This document shows positions 12,549 through 24,384 of a DNA stretch of 64,000 nt, piece after piece; the first letter of the stretch is position 1, and each line of letters begins with the position of its first letter. The notes under the pieces were generated by a model, which saw only the letters and a list, made by a program, of their open reading frames with translations, did not search any database and had not been told where the DNA came from. The stretch comes from Anthoceros angustus (lineage: Eukaryota; Plantae; Anthocerotophyta). The position numbers were made by a program, and so were the translations under genes. The stretch spans positions 124,001 to 188,000 of the forward strand of contig VJWM01000116.1 of assembly GCA_010909165.1 (NCBI GenBank), read 5' to 3'.

Positions 12549-13361
12549 ACGTCCTTCAACTTGGTGATGGCTTCAACACCATCGCATATATTCACATCCC
12601 TGCCTAGCTATCCTGATCCCTAGGCTAAGCGAGGACGTGCCTCCACCACACATTCTCACATGTTGCTAAGGTTATCACTAAAATCTGGGGCGTAGGCTAT
12701 CTCAGCTGGGTAGCGTGAACTATCAAGAGAAGTTGTAGATAATATTTTGGGGATGTAGATATTTGATATTATATGCTTTTAACAAATAATCGATTTATTT
12801 GGGATACCTACTAGGTGCCTATTTCGGCGTGTCTACGCTGAGGATTTACTGCAGAGAGGCCTGTACGAAGTTTCTACATACATATGTGTAGCAGGCGAAA
12901 TGGCAAGCCTCCGCGTGTTGTGAAAAGTTGAAAACACGATGGTATTGGCGCACAGACTATACGATTGCCCGGGCATTCTGCAGCAGCGGCTAAGGGTTTC
13001 GTATGCACTGAGGCGCTCATTTAGCCAGCAAACGTTTTTTTGTATGATATGCAACCAGGTTTTTGTTTTGGCAGCCACAACATGAGTCTGCGAATGTTGC
13101 ACTGGAGGCTGAGCCCGCGCAAGATCTGAAAGTGAGCCGTTCGATCCGGAAACAGCGGAAATATGCTGCATCCACTCTTGTGTGTGTAGAAGCTGGTGGC
13201 AGACTCGGCATTAGCTGTAGCTCGGCCGCCGGGTCGCCCACATGGTCGGACTAGCATGACCAATTTCGTGGACCAGGCTGTGGCTAGGCAGGTGAAAAAA
13301 GTCTGAAGTGCTTTGCGGAACTGGAAGGGAAGCGAAGCGGTGCAGTGAGTGGCGAGCCAGC

Positions 13362-14804
13362 ATGAGGAAGCGCGAGCGGGAGAATCCGTGTTATGTGTGC
13401 AATCATTACCATAAGTATGAAGACGGGGAGGTTTGCGGTGTGTGCGGGCATCGGTTACAGGTACCGACGGAGAAGGGCCCGCAGCAAAGCGCATTTTCAA
13501 CTGAGATTATTCCCTCGTTTTTGTATCTTGGAAGCTATGACAATGCATCCCGGTCCGAGCTGCTCAAGGCTCAGGGGATTACGCATATTTTGAATGTAAG
13601 TTCTTGAGCCCTGCATCTATGCTGATGTTGGTGGAGAGCCGGTGAGATGATTGCCAGATGTGTTGGAGCTAGGTCGGGTCATGGCACCACTGGTGTAGAT
13701 CTATAAGGACGTATGCAAGACCGTTGGGATGGTTACCAGTGATTGTTAGGTCATGGGGAACGGATGCAGGGGCCGGTCTGCACCATTGCGGAGTTGATGT
13801 CTTAGTGCAAGAAGGTCTCTGAGGCCCTGCGCTATCTTTGACGTCACTGCACTGACGGTTTTGCAGGCGGTGCCTGGTTGTCAAAACCTGTATAAGAACT
13901 CATTTACTTATCATGCCCTCAAGGAGGACAAGCACCTGCCTCTTGACGAGTGCTTGGAGTTCATTGGTAAGAGGCCAGCTTAATGTACTGTTTTGCAAGG
14001 TATGAGCTCAGGTTGGTCCGACCGCCTGTGACTCAGTGATTTGAAGGATACATCGGAGTTGATCTGTTGGGACCATAGCCCTTCACTTTCCTCTTCAAAG
14101 CATATTGGTTGATTATGCCGCGCTCTCTGCAGAACAAAGCAGGAGGGAGAAAGCTCGGGTTTTGGTGCACTGCATGTCAGGACAAACCAAGTGAGTGCCG
14201 TGCCAGGAGTGTGTGGTCGTCCTTATCGTGTTTGAATGTCGCTCACTGTTTCACAGTGCATGATGTGGTTCAATTGTCAGATCCCCTGCTATTGTGATCG
14301 CCTATTTAATGAGGTACAAGAAGTGGCCGCTTGCTCAAAGTTATCAATGGGTGAAAGACCGCAGACCAGCTATCAATCTAAGTCAAGGTGAATATGTCAC
14401 GTATTGCCTTCAAGATTGAATGTGTGACTCAGGGTCAGATTGTGTTGTTCGCTTGGATCCTTGACCTACAATACGATGCTCCAAATTCCACAGGGGTTGT
14501 CCAGCAGCTGCAGGATTTTGAAATCGAAGTGTTTGGGAGCAGTGTCAGTCAAGGCATTTCGACCCCAGTAGCAAACTCCTTTGGGTCCTTCGGCTACCTG
14601 TCCCCACCTCCACCACCTTCTGTCCCAGTGTTTGCTCAACCCCCAGTGTCCTCCCCAAGCACTGTGCTTCCTCTTACTGCAGGATCCAATAGCTTTGGTC
14701 CCAACAACTTCGTCTTCAGCGCTGTGAGACCAGAACAAGGTGTTTCAGGCAACAATTTTGGTGGAATCACTGCCTTGATGGACCACAACATGGATGGCTC
14801 TTAG
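13362..14804 (+). CDS. IBR5: Dual-specificity protein phosphatase IBR5 (5 exons)
   Basis: Diagnostic N-terminus MRKRERENPCYVCNHYHKYEDGEVCGVCGH; FLYLGSYDNASRSELLK; CQNLYKNSFTY; RVLVHCMSGQ; SPAIVIAYLM; QQLQDFE. Confidence 0.95.
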
Positions 14805-15607
14805 GGTCCTCATTGTTGCTTGTCATCATTGGGTAGAACCACCCGATCCTGCCCCTCAAATGCTGCGGTCTCAGGAATCTGCTGCGTCCCCTCGATTTTT
14901 GCCAACTGCTTTCATCTTGAGAAAGGGGACAAATTTGCGCGGGGGAAAGGATCAGGGCTCCGCGGACCAAGTTTGATGATAGCCTGTAGTTGTCTGCCAG
15001 TGCCACCTTTTATGCTGCATGACTTGGGCACATAGGTGGTCGAAGCCCATGTTTGTACCTCGTGACTCCTATTATTTGTGCATTGCTTGGAGATGAATGG
15101 AATGGAAAAACCAATTTGCGACATCTTCTCTTACAGTTACGGACATGAGGTGATCTCCGTCTGCCCAAACCGTGGAAGTCGATTGTCCGTCTCGCATGCA
15201 GCTTCAAGCTGTTTCCAGCTAGCGTGTACAAATGAGACAAAGATCACCGGACACCAAAGCGGAACGTTTCGTGCTTAGACCTTTTCTGCATTAGCCTTTG
15301 TTTCAACATTGAATCTCATTATCGTCGAAGTTCATTGTCTTCTTGCACGATGGCGTTGCAACATGTTGGTCTGGAGAGCAGACAATATCCTGTATGCTCT
15401 CTTACCATACGTGGGACACTGGCACACCGTCAGTCTGAATGTCAGGAACTTGTGGGGCTATTGTTAAAGCACAGGCGGGACTATCAGCCTCTGCCATTTC
15501 AAAACATAGGCCCGTGTCATGCGATTGCAGATACTTGAACTTCCAAGAGCTCAGCCGGAAGGGTCGAGAGAACTGTGAAGCTCTCTGCAAAGCACGTTGT
15601 GTGTGAA

Positions 15608-18600
15608 ATGTATCCCAAAATGGCTGTTGAGCACCCAGCTTCTGCACAGCTGTTGCAATTTTGCGAACAGCCGTCTTCTGACGGCATGCAGAATGCCATA
15701 TCTATGAGGTCTGAGTCGCGGCCGCAGGTCTCATGCCTCGGGACAGAAGGAAATTCTCACATGGTGAGGTTGAAGAACTTGTGTGATGAAGGACGAATGC
15801 AGGAGGCGTTGGATTTCATGCACGGCATGAGTAAGCAGGGCACCTTACCCTCCACTGCAACTTGTGCCTACTTGGTGCGAGCGTGCAGTAAGAGGAAAGT
15901 GTTAGCTGAAGCTAGGCGATTACATGCATACATTGTGATTTACGCAATTGAGTTGGACAGGTATCTTGGGGAGTCTGTCGTTGACATGTTCGTTCAATGC
16001 AAGAGTCTTTCAGATGGTCTCCGTGTTTTCAACAGATTGCCTGAGCGAACTGCTTTCTCTTGGACAGCCATTATTTCGGCCTATGTTAAGGCGGGTCAAG
16101 AGCAGGAAGCTCTGAAGCATTATCAACGCATGCAAGATGAAGGGGTGGAGCCCAACAAGTATACCTTCGTGACCCTACTGAAAGCTTGCAGTAGCTTAGC
16201 GGATTTGGAACTTGGCAAAAGTATTCACGCTGATGTGCAAAGGTGTAAGTGTGAGTCAGACCTGTTTGTAGGGACCACTTTGGTTGCCATGTACGCTAAA
16301 TGTGGGAGCATGGTAGATGCACGACGAGTGTTTGACACATTGTCTCAACGTGATGTGGTGTCATGGAATGCAATGATTGCAGGGTATGCCCAGCAACAGC
16401 AGCCTGGGTGTGCTTTGCAATTGTATGCCCAGATGCAGGAGGAAGGTGTGGAGCCAGATAGTTGGACTTTGGTGAGTGTGATGAAAGCGTATGGCAACTT
16501 GGCAGCCATGGAAGAAGGCACATCTACAAATGGAGGAGTTGTCAAGGTTCAATGCCTGCAAAGGGCTAAGGAGATGCACCGTGTCGTGATCAGAAGGGGT
16601 TATGAAATGAATATTTTCGTGGGAACAACTCTTGTTGACATGTATGCGCAGTGTGGCAGCATGACGGACGCACACCATGTCTTTAACACGTTGCCCCATT
16701 GCAGTGTGGTTTTGTGGAATGCTATTATGGCTGGTTATGCTGAGCACGGAGAAAGTGGGAAAGCTTTGCAACTATATGACCAGATGCAGGAGGAGGGTGT
16801 GAGGCCAGACCACTGGACCTTTGTTAGCGTACTTAAGGCATGTGGAAATCTAGCTTTGCTGGAGGAGGCCACTTTCAGGCAACCGGAACCAGTAAAAATG
16901 GGTTGCTTGCAAAAAGGGAAGGTCATACATGCGACCATTGTCAGCAGGGGGTATGAAGCAGATGCATTTGTGGGGAACACTCTAATTGACATGTATGCAA
17001 ACTGTGGGAGTATCGCAGAAGCAAAGCATGTGTTTGACACTTTGCCTCAGCGGAATGTGGTCTCCTGGAACGCAATGATATCTGGATATGTGCAGCAAGA
17101 ACACGGAGACAAGGCCTTGCAACTTTATGTTAAAATGCAGGAGGAAGGTGTGACGCCAAGCAGTCGGACCTGGGTGTGTGTCTTGAAAGCATGTAGTGCC
17201 CTGGCATCCTCAGAGCCACCCACTCTCACGGACGGACAGGCTGTCAAATTAAGCAGCCTTCATGCTGGTAAGGAGATCCATGCTAAAGTCGTTGAGGCTG
17301 GTTATGAACGTGATCCTTTTGTGGCCAACTCTCTTGTTGACATGTATGCAAACTGTGGCAGCATGATGGATGCGTTGCAAGTGTTTAACGCATTGCCCTC
17401 AAGCAGCGTGGTGACCTGGACGAGTATGATCACAGGATACACAGACCAATCCCAGGGGGAGATGGCTTTGCAACTGTATGCACAGATGGAGAAAAACGGG
17501 ATAAGACCAGACAATCTGACATTCGTCAGCGTGCTGAAAGCCTGTGCCAGTCTTGCATCCGTCGAGAAATGTACTGTCCTGAATGGGGAAGGGGTCAAAT
17601 CAGACTCCCTGGACAAGGGTAGGCGGATTCACGATGCAATTGTAAGAAAGGGTTGCGAGTCGGACCCACATGTTGCTACTGCCCTCATTGACATGTATGT
17701 GAAATGTGGAAGCATGGATGATGCATGCCGTGTGTTTGCCACATTGTCCCACCGCAATGTGGTTTCTTGGACAACGATGATCGCAGGATATGTCGAGCAA
17801 GAGCAAGGGGAAAAGGCTCTGGAACTTTATGAGAGAATGAAGCAGACAGGTGTGCCTCCAGACAGCAGAACCCTTGTGAGCATCCTCAAGGCATGTGGCA
17901 GCCTGGCTGCCCGTGTCGAGGCCACACTGGTCGATGGACAGCAGGTGAAATTGCAGTGCCTGGAGAAGGTGAAGGCAACGCACGCTGAGGCTGTGCAACA
18001 GTGCTGTGAGGCAGATTTGTTCGTGAGCAACACCCTTATTGATGTGTACGCAAAATGTGGCAGCACATTAGCTGCAAGGCTTATCTTCAACACCATGCCA
18101 GAGAGGAACGTTGTCTCATGGAATGCCATGATCTCAGGATATGCCCAGCAAGAGCAGAGCGAGGACGCTCTGGAGCTCTTTGCCCAGATGCAGGCGGAAG
18201 GATGGAGCCCGAGTAACTGGACTTTTGCCAGTGTGCTGACAGCATGTGGCAGCCTTGCTGCCATGGAACAGCCGACGCTTGTAGACGGCAGCTGGGTGAA
18301 ACTGGAATGTCTGCAAAAGGGCAGGGCTGTCCACGACGAAGTCGATAGACTGGGATACTCAACAGATTTAGTCGTTGCCAACTGCCTCATCGACATGTAC
18401 GCAGCCTGCGGTAGCATGGTGGATGCAGAGCTGGTGTTCGGCAGGTTGGCAAACCGGGATGTGGTAACTTGGACAGCCATGATCTCAGGACATGCCATGC
18501 ACAGCCAAGCAGAGCAGGCTGTGGAACTGTACAAGCAGATGCTGCACGACGGTGTCAGACCCAACGAGGCCACCTTCCTCAGCCTCCTCAAAGCTTGCAG

Positions 18601-19420
18601 CAATGCGGGAACGCTGCACCTGTGTCAGCAAATCCATGGTGACATTGTTGCAGCCGGGCTGGAGCTTGAAGCTCGGGTGGCAACTACTCTCATCCACACC
18701 TACTGCAGACGTGGAAGCATGCAGGATGCCCAGCAAGTGTTCGACAGACTCGAGAGCCGAGACGTGTTCCCTTGGACTGCATTGATTGCCGGATATGCCA
18801 GGCATGGAGAAGCTGAAACAAGCCTGCAGTTGTTGGAAGACATGCAGCAGGCAGGCATCAAGCCGAACGGAGTCACCTTCCTGTCAGTCCTCACTGCCTG
18901 CAGCCACTCCGGCATGGTGCAGAAAGGCCTGCAGCTCTTCGAGTCCATGTGCGCCGACTCCAGCGTCTCACCGGGAGTGGAGCACTATGTCTGCCTCGTG
19001 GATCTCCTGGGCCGAGCAGGCCTGTTCACCCAAGTGGAAGCCTTGATCTCGGAGCTGCCCACGCAGCCCAGCATAGCTCTCTGGCTCTCTGTTCTGAGCG
19101 CCTGTCAGACCCACAGCAACGTTGCTCTGGGGAGGAGGGCGTTCGAGGGTGCAGTGCAGCTGGATCCGAAACGGGCAGCTCCGTACCTGCTCATGGCCAA
19201 CCTGTATGCCTGCCTGCAGATGTGGGAGGCTGCCTGGGAGATAGAGGACCGCAGTCGGAGGGCAGGTGCGTGGAAGGAACCTGGCTTGAGCTGGGTGGAG
19301 CATGGGGAAATGGTGCACCCATTTGTGGCCGGAGACAGAAGCCACCCAGCAAGTCCCCAGGTGTACTCGAAGCTCTATCACCTGGGGCAGCACATTAGTG
19401 CCATGAATGACATCAAATAG
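15608..19420 (+). CDS. PLS-class PPR protein with E/E+ end and no DYW domain; six long-L motifs
   Basis: Intact single exon; repeated LVDMYAKCGS / VVSWNAMI / TFVSVLKAC triplets; HYVCLVDLLGRAG; PG box WKEPGLSWVE followed by a stop. Confidence 0.95.
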   Translation: MYPKMAVEHPASAQLLQFCEQPSSDGMQNAISMRSESRPQVSCLGTEGNSHMVRLKNLCDEGRMQEALDFMHGMSKQGTLPSTATCAYLVRACSKRKVLAEARRLHAYIVIYAIELDRYLGESVVDMFVQCKSLSDGLRVFNRLPERTAFSWTAIISAYVKAGQEQEALKHYQRMQDEGVEPNKYTFVTLLKACSSLADLELGKSIHADVQRCKCESDLFVGTTLVAMYAKCGSMVDARRVFDTLSQRDVVSWNAMIAGYAQQQQPGCALQLYAQMQEEGVEPDSWTLVSVMKAYGNLAAMEEGTSTNGGVVKVQCLQRAKEMHRVVIRRGYEMNIFVGTTLVDMYAQCGSMTDAHHVFNTLPHCSVVLWNAIMAGYAEHGESGKALQLYDQMQEEGVRPDHWTFVSVLKACGNLALLEEATFRQPEPVKMGCLQKGKVIHATIVSRGYEADAFVGNTLIDMYANCGSIAEAKHVFDTLPQRNVVSWNAMISGYVQQEHGDKALQLYVKMQEEGVTPSSRTWVCVLKACSALASSEPPTLTDGQAVKLSSLHAGKEIHAKVVEAGYERDPFVANSLVDMYANCGSMMDALQVFNALPSSSVVTWTSMITGYTDQSQGEMALQLYAQMEKNGIRPDNLTFVSVLKACASLASVEKCTVLNGEGVKSDSLDKGRRIHDAIVRKGCESDPHVATALIDMYVKCGSMDDACRVFATLSHRNVVSWTTMIAGYVEQEQGEKALELYERMKQTGVPPDSRTLVSILKACGSLAARVEATLVDGQQVKLQCLEKVKATHAEAVQQCCEADLFVSNTLIDVYAKCGSTLAARLIFNTMPERNVVSWNAMISGYAQQEQSEDALELFAQMQAEGWSPSNWTFASVLTACGSLAAMEQPTLVDGSWVKLECLQKGRAVHDEVDRLGYSTDLVVANCLIDMYAACGSMVDAELVFGRLANRDVVTWTAMISGHAMHSQAEQAVELYKQMLHDGVRPNEATFLSLLKACSNAGTLHLCQQIHGDIVAAGLELEARVATTLIHTYCRRGSMQDAQQVFDRLESRDVFPWTALIAGYARHGEAETSLQLLEDMQQAGIKPNGVTFLSVLTACSHSGMVQKGLQLFESMCADSSVSPGVEHYVCLVDLLGRAGLFTQVEALISELPTQPSIALWLSVLSACQTHSNVALGRRAFEGAVQLDPKRAAPYLLMANLYACLQMWEAAWEIEDRSRRAGAWKEPGLSWVEHGEMVHPFVAGDRSHPASPQVYSKLYHLGQHISAMNDIK

Positions 19421-20075
19421 AGAGGAGGAGAAAAGAGGGGTCTACGAATCTGCTTGCCCAATGCTGATCCCAGTTATATCTGTGGAGTGTGGAGATGTGG
19501 GTGCCTGGGCTGACGAGGTTGGAATGTGTGACTGCTGAGAACAAGGTGGAAGGTGAATGTAGCGTGGTGGAGGTTGCACAACTACCGAACTCGATAGGGT
19601 GAGATACCTGAAAGGTGATGGGAAGCGGCTTGATTGGGATGTGTAATGAAGTGGGAAGAGTCCTACTGGTGACGGCACACGCAAGAGATGAGAGGTGATC
19701 AGACGATATACACATGTTTGAGCTCATCCAGCTATCAGTCCAGGGTTCGAGAAAAGAGGCATCTCCGTGTCATTACACCACGCACCTCTTGTCGGCTACT
19801 AGCAAGGCAGTTGCATCGGGATGCGTGCGCCTCACGTCTTCATATTCCCCTCCTACACATCCCTGTGTCATTGCAGGCTCCGGAGTCCCGGTGTGCGGTG
19901 TGCACTAAATTCTTGGGCTACGTACAAACGTACACGGCATTGATCCACTAGGCCTGAACATACTAGAACAATTGTGTGTAATGACAATTTGAGAGTGCAA
20001 AGGTCACTCTCAGGCTTGGCGTGCAGGCTTTGAGGAAGCAAGTGAAGGGTTGCTTGTTATGGTGCCGACGTCATT

Positions 20076-20334
20076 GCTCTTTCATTTCTGCAACAAGTGT
20101 CACTGCTCCTGCCAAGCCGCTGCTCCTGCCAAGCCACTGCTACACCTATCAAGCTGCTTTCCTCAACCAAGAGGAATGCCCCCAGCTCCCCCCATCTATT
20201 TCAGGGCCACCCTGCATTTCTCTTGGTTGAGGAAAGCAGCTTGATAGGTGTAGCAGTGCCTTGGCAGGAGCAGCGGCTTCGCAGGGGCTGCGGCTTGGCA
20301 GGAGCAGCGACAGTTGTTGCAGAAATGAAAGAGC
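20076..20334. repeat. Long near-perfect inverted repeat (fold-back); candidate hairpin RNA or MITE
   Basis: Arm 20076-20179 is the reverse complement of 20214-20334 with ~4 mismatches and one extra 17-nt subrepeat; 34-nt loop. Confidence 0.9.
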
Positions 20335-20643
20335 GGAAAGAAGTTGCTGGACAAGTAGACATGGAGCTGAGTGGAAATGAAAATCATGCCCATCGATCGA
20401 TTTCGGCCACAAAAGTTCTTGCACATCAATGCTTACGGTAAGCCTCCCTCCCTTCCCCCAACATCCATAAGCTAGGATACTTGTCGACCGGACTACGAAA
20501 TTACAGCCAATGAATTGAATTTCCCCTAGCGAAATTTCACACAACCTACCAACTCTGACTAAAATTACAAGGCGTACTCAATGAAAGTTATGGAATCATT
20601 ACCAAAACAATGAGAGCTTCAGAGTTTCAAGGGGGCATTGAAG

Positions 20644-21749
20644 CTACGCATCAGATATCCTCATCAGTCGCTCTGTATCCTCTTGCAAAGCAATTCGCTC
20701 CGATATGTCAGCAAGTGACTTAAGGTTGCACTTAATCACGGTTTCAACAAAGAAGCACGTGTCTTCCTTCGTGTTCCCTTCAGGAGTATCCACAACGTAC
20801 GACTCGATGGCCACTGTACCCTGCCGACCTTCCACAACCTCTGGATGTAGGGTGATGATGGACCAATAGTTCTGCAGGACAGCGGCCAACATGATCAGTG
20901 ACCAGGGCTGGAAGTACGCACATGTACGGAAGCAGCCAAACAGCTGAAAGAAACATGCTTAGCTTAGCATCAAAATTTTCTCAACAGAGAGATGGACGAA
21001 GCATGTAGGAACAACAACCACACCCATCCTTCACACACATTACCCGCAACCGATGATCACCGTCCAGAATCCTGTAGCTGAAAACATGCTCGTTCTCGTC
21101 CAGTATCTCGAGCCGTTCTGTGCTTCTGGTCGCAGGAAGACCGGATACTACGTGCAGATCCCTGATGCTGCCGACACTACCATCTCCCTTGACTGTACAG
21201 CTTTGAATAAAGCGTTTGTATTTCTCTGGTTGATCAAACCTCCGCACCAAGGACCATACCTGCGAATACATACCAGGCAGGACACATGGTCAGGCAGGCA
21301 AGAGACGTTACATACATCTTTGTCCGCAGAGTTTGCGAACCGAGAACTACATCCTCCACAATATGCGCCACCCTCGAAGACGAGAGAGGAAAGTCACACA
21401 TTCCACGGGATGTGATCTAACACATGCCGCACATAACAAGGAGTCCCGATTCAGACACCAAAAGAAGGAAGCAAGGAACGAGGAAGCAAGGCGAGCTGCT
21501 TACCACACTGACAGGAGCATTGATATGCTTGACGAGAATGGACCCGCACTGGCGGTCCTGCATCTCATGAGTGTGATAGCGCCAAATGTAGTCCAATTCT
21601 GCATCCGCAGCCCTGTCGCTCATGGCTTGGCCAGCAGCCCCGCCGGGACCATGCTCAGGATCGGGCCCTACATCCGAGCACTGCGAATGCTCCCCGGGCC
21701 CGGGCGGCGCAGCCTCCCCCGCTCCTGTAGACGCGACATCCCCAACCAT
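20644..21749 (-). CDS. PYL: Abscisic acid receptor PYR/PYL/RCAR; exons 21749-21504, 21259-21044, 20871-20644
   Basis: [18 protein letters not shown], gate SGLPA, STERLE, latch [26 protein letters not shown]; two GT-AG introns as in the PYL8/9-type subfamily. Confidence 0.96.
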
Positions 21750-23071
21750 CAAAACTCAACTCTCTCGAGTCTCAAAATGCGCCAAACTCTCCCTCCCGGG
21801 ACTCCTCGGCATCACCTTTCGACATCTCAGGCAGGCACGGTGCCCTCGCTCCACCTCACGAAACTTAAAGAAAACCCAACTTGCCTTGCCACTCGTCCCT
21901 CCTCCACGCGACGCCGCTCACCGCACCAGAACACCGAACCGAGCACCACCCGTATGCCCTTCTCCCTTGTATGTTTCCTCCTCCTCCTAAGTTTCCAGCT
22001 CCTGCATCGTTTTCATCCCACCCACTGCACTACATAGCGCAGCTCCCTCCGGCGCCGGAGAAGCACGGCACCGCACACAGCGAGGGCTGGACCGCGAGGG
22101 TGAGTGAAATCCCTGTGCAGCAGCCGGAGCCGTGGGCACGGCGCGCACTCCCTGCAATCGCAAATCTCGTTCACCTGGGCACTGCTGACGGCATGACGCA
22201 GCTGGATTGCTCCCCGGCCCAACGCCCTTCCCGTCTCGGATCCTGCGAAGCTCTCTCCTTACCTCCGCCAGAGCGGCGAGGAGCGATCTTCAAAAGATGC
22301 GGTAAAATGCAGCGTCGGAGACGGCTCCAGGATATTATAATGGTGGAACAGATTGAAAGGCGGAGGCAAGAGAAAGGGGTAGAAGCAGATCGAGAGGCGG
22401 AAGCGAGAGAAAGGAGGGGTAGCAGCAGACAGGAGGACGGGCAGGCAGGCAGGTGCAGGTGCAGGCCCAGCCCAGCCCCTTTTTCTCATGAGATGCGAGG
22501 CGGGGAGCAGACACGGAGCCCAGAAGAGCGGGGGAAGCTAGTGCACTCATCAGTGTAGCAGAGCCCACTTGCCCGCCCTGTTTCGCCCCGCACTCCCTGC
22601 GTCGTGCGCCAGATATTTGTGCTGGCGAAACTTTCGCCGCGCTACGGAACGCTTAGATACACATACGAGTCGCACTCGCTTATCTTGCACTAGGGACTGC
22701 TGCTGACTTCAAACCGTCATCCATGATCCATGGAGGATAGACCTCACTTTGCGGACTCCACTGTTACTTCCCTTCCCTTGCCATCCCTTCTGCTGCCTAC
22801 CTACCTACAAACTATCTATTTCCAAACCTCTCTCCCCTCTTCCGTGCTCTTCTTCTGCCTCTCATACTCCCTCGCTACGGCTACGGATCCCACCTGTGTT
22901 TCTAGGACAAAGTGCAACGTTCCATGATCACCCGCTAAGAATATTGCTATTCTTGCCGGATTTCAACTTGATTTTGCCAACAAGACTGTCAGGCAAAGCA
23001 GCGGAGTCCATGCTTTTTTTTTTTTTTGGTCTTTCAATCTTCATGAATCTCATGAAGCAGGAAGCATAACT

Positions 23072-23256
23072 CCTTTCAAATCAGATTCTTACAAGAGCAG
23101 TGGTAGTAGAATTTGCATTTGCATCATTTAGGTCTTCAGTAGCATGTGACATTAAGAACCCCTTTCAAATCAGATTCTTACAAGAGCAAGAGCAGTGGTA
23201 GTAGAATTTGCATTTGCATCATTTAGGTCTTCAGTAGCATGTGACATTAAGAACCC
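23072..23256. repeat. Tandem duplication of ~90 bp
   Basis: CCTTTCAAATCAGATTCTTACAAGAGCA...GTGACATTAAGAACCC occurs twice back-to-back. Confidence 0.9.
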
Positions 23257-24384
23257 ATGTCATATATACGGAAGCTTTTCAATAGAGTGTCCAGTGTTAT
23301 GATTGTCGAGCATGGATGGTCAAGACTCTTTGATTCTAATATATCATCTACGATACAAAGTAGCATCTTGTGGTGAGCTCCCTGAAGTTCGTAAGATCGG
23401 AAATAGATTAATAGAGGTTTTTAGTGTGACATGTTTTTGCGAGATATTGTGAGAGAGTCTATCGATAGTGAACAATACTATTAGGTAAAAGGATATAAGT
23501 CATGAGCAAAGATTTCTTAGCACTTGTATGTGCAACATGAGAATTTCTGGTACGGAATTCATGTTTCTTCATGATACATGGCATGTAGTATTACAATGGA
23601 GTGAACATACTCTTGAGGGAATGAATATCTGCCCTGGAGGGCTTTTCTAGTATTTAATCTTTTTTTTGTGTGTGATATAGTACTTTAATGGAAGGGGGAG
23701 AAAATAGCAAGGGGAGAAAAACATATTCAGGATAAGGAGGAGAAAAACATATCTAGGGTTAAAAAAATAATCAGGATAAGGAATCCAGATGAGAAATTAG
23801 ATAACTCACCATTTGATCATGGATTTATTCATCCTTTCTCAAGGGAAATATTGTGAAGCTATATACAAATTTATTGTAAAAGAGCTTTACATCATCGCTC
23901 GATGATCCTAAAAATCTCATATAAGAAAATGGGGGCGCCTCCGTAGATATTTATGGCAAAATGCGTGCCAGAAAGTGGGCACTAACCGGTGCCCTAGTCA
24001 GTACAGGCCAAGGCAAAATGTTTGTCACGCAGGGGCGTAAACGACGGCAATATGACCATATACGTCGTCAAACCCGTCAGAATTTATGAAGAATTCAGTA
24101 CGCGGGTAAGCTCTCTATTCGAATTTAGTTGTCGTCGGCGGGTGGACGAAAAAAAGGAGACATGGTGTACAGTGGGCAGAAGAGTCAGAGTACATACATC
24201 TCGTATCCTCATCTTTTCTCGATCCACGGATCGCCATCTCAGGCAAGACGTTAATTCCATGTGCAAGGCTGGAAACACTTTGTGTTGATATCCAGCTGGA
24301 GAGACGGCAAGACGAGGTTAGTCCCCGGGAATGCCCTAACCCACCACCTCGCTGTGCCCACAGAAATGAGATTCTCAATCAGTA

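Noticed and set aside
16296-19393. Antisense and alternative-frame ORFs over the PPR gene (also over the NLR, PYL and F-box genes)
   Set aside because: Shadows of GC-rich coding sequence with no independent protein motifs.
19380-19700. Frameshifted DYW domain after the large PPR
   Set aside because: No HxE or CxxC motif seen downstream, unlike the gene ending at 24385.
22185-22200. TGACG pair as an as-1 element upstream of PYL
   Set aside because: Spacing is 8 bp rather than the canonical 12 bp.
21333-22558. Long + strand ORFs (234 and 225 aa) near PYL
   Set aside because: They are antisense to PYL exon 1 and its GC-rich 5' region, with low-complexity translations and no domain.
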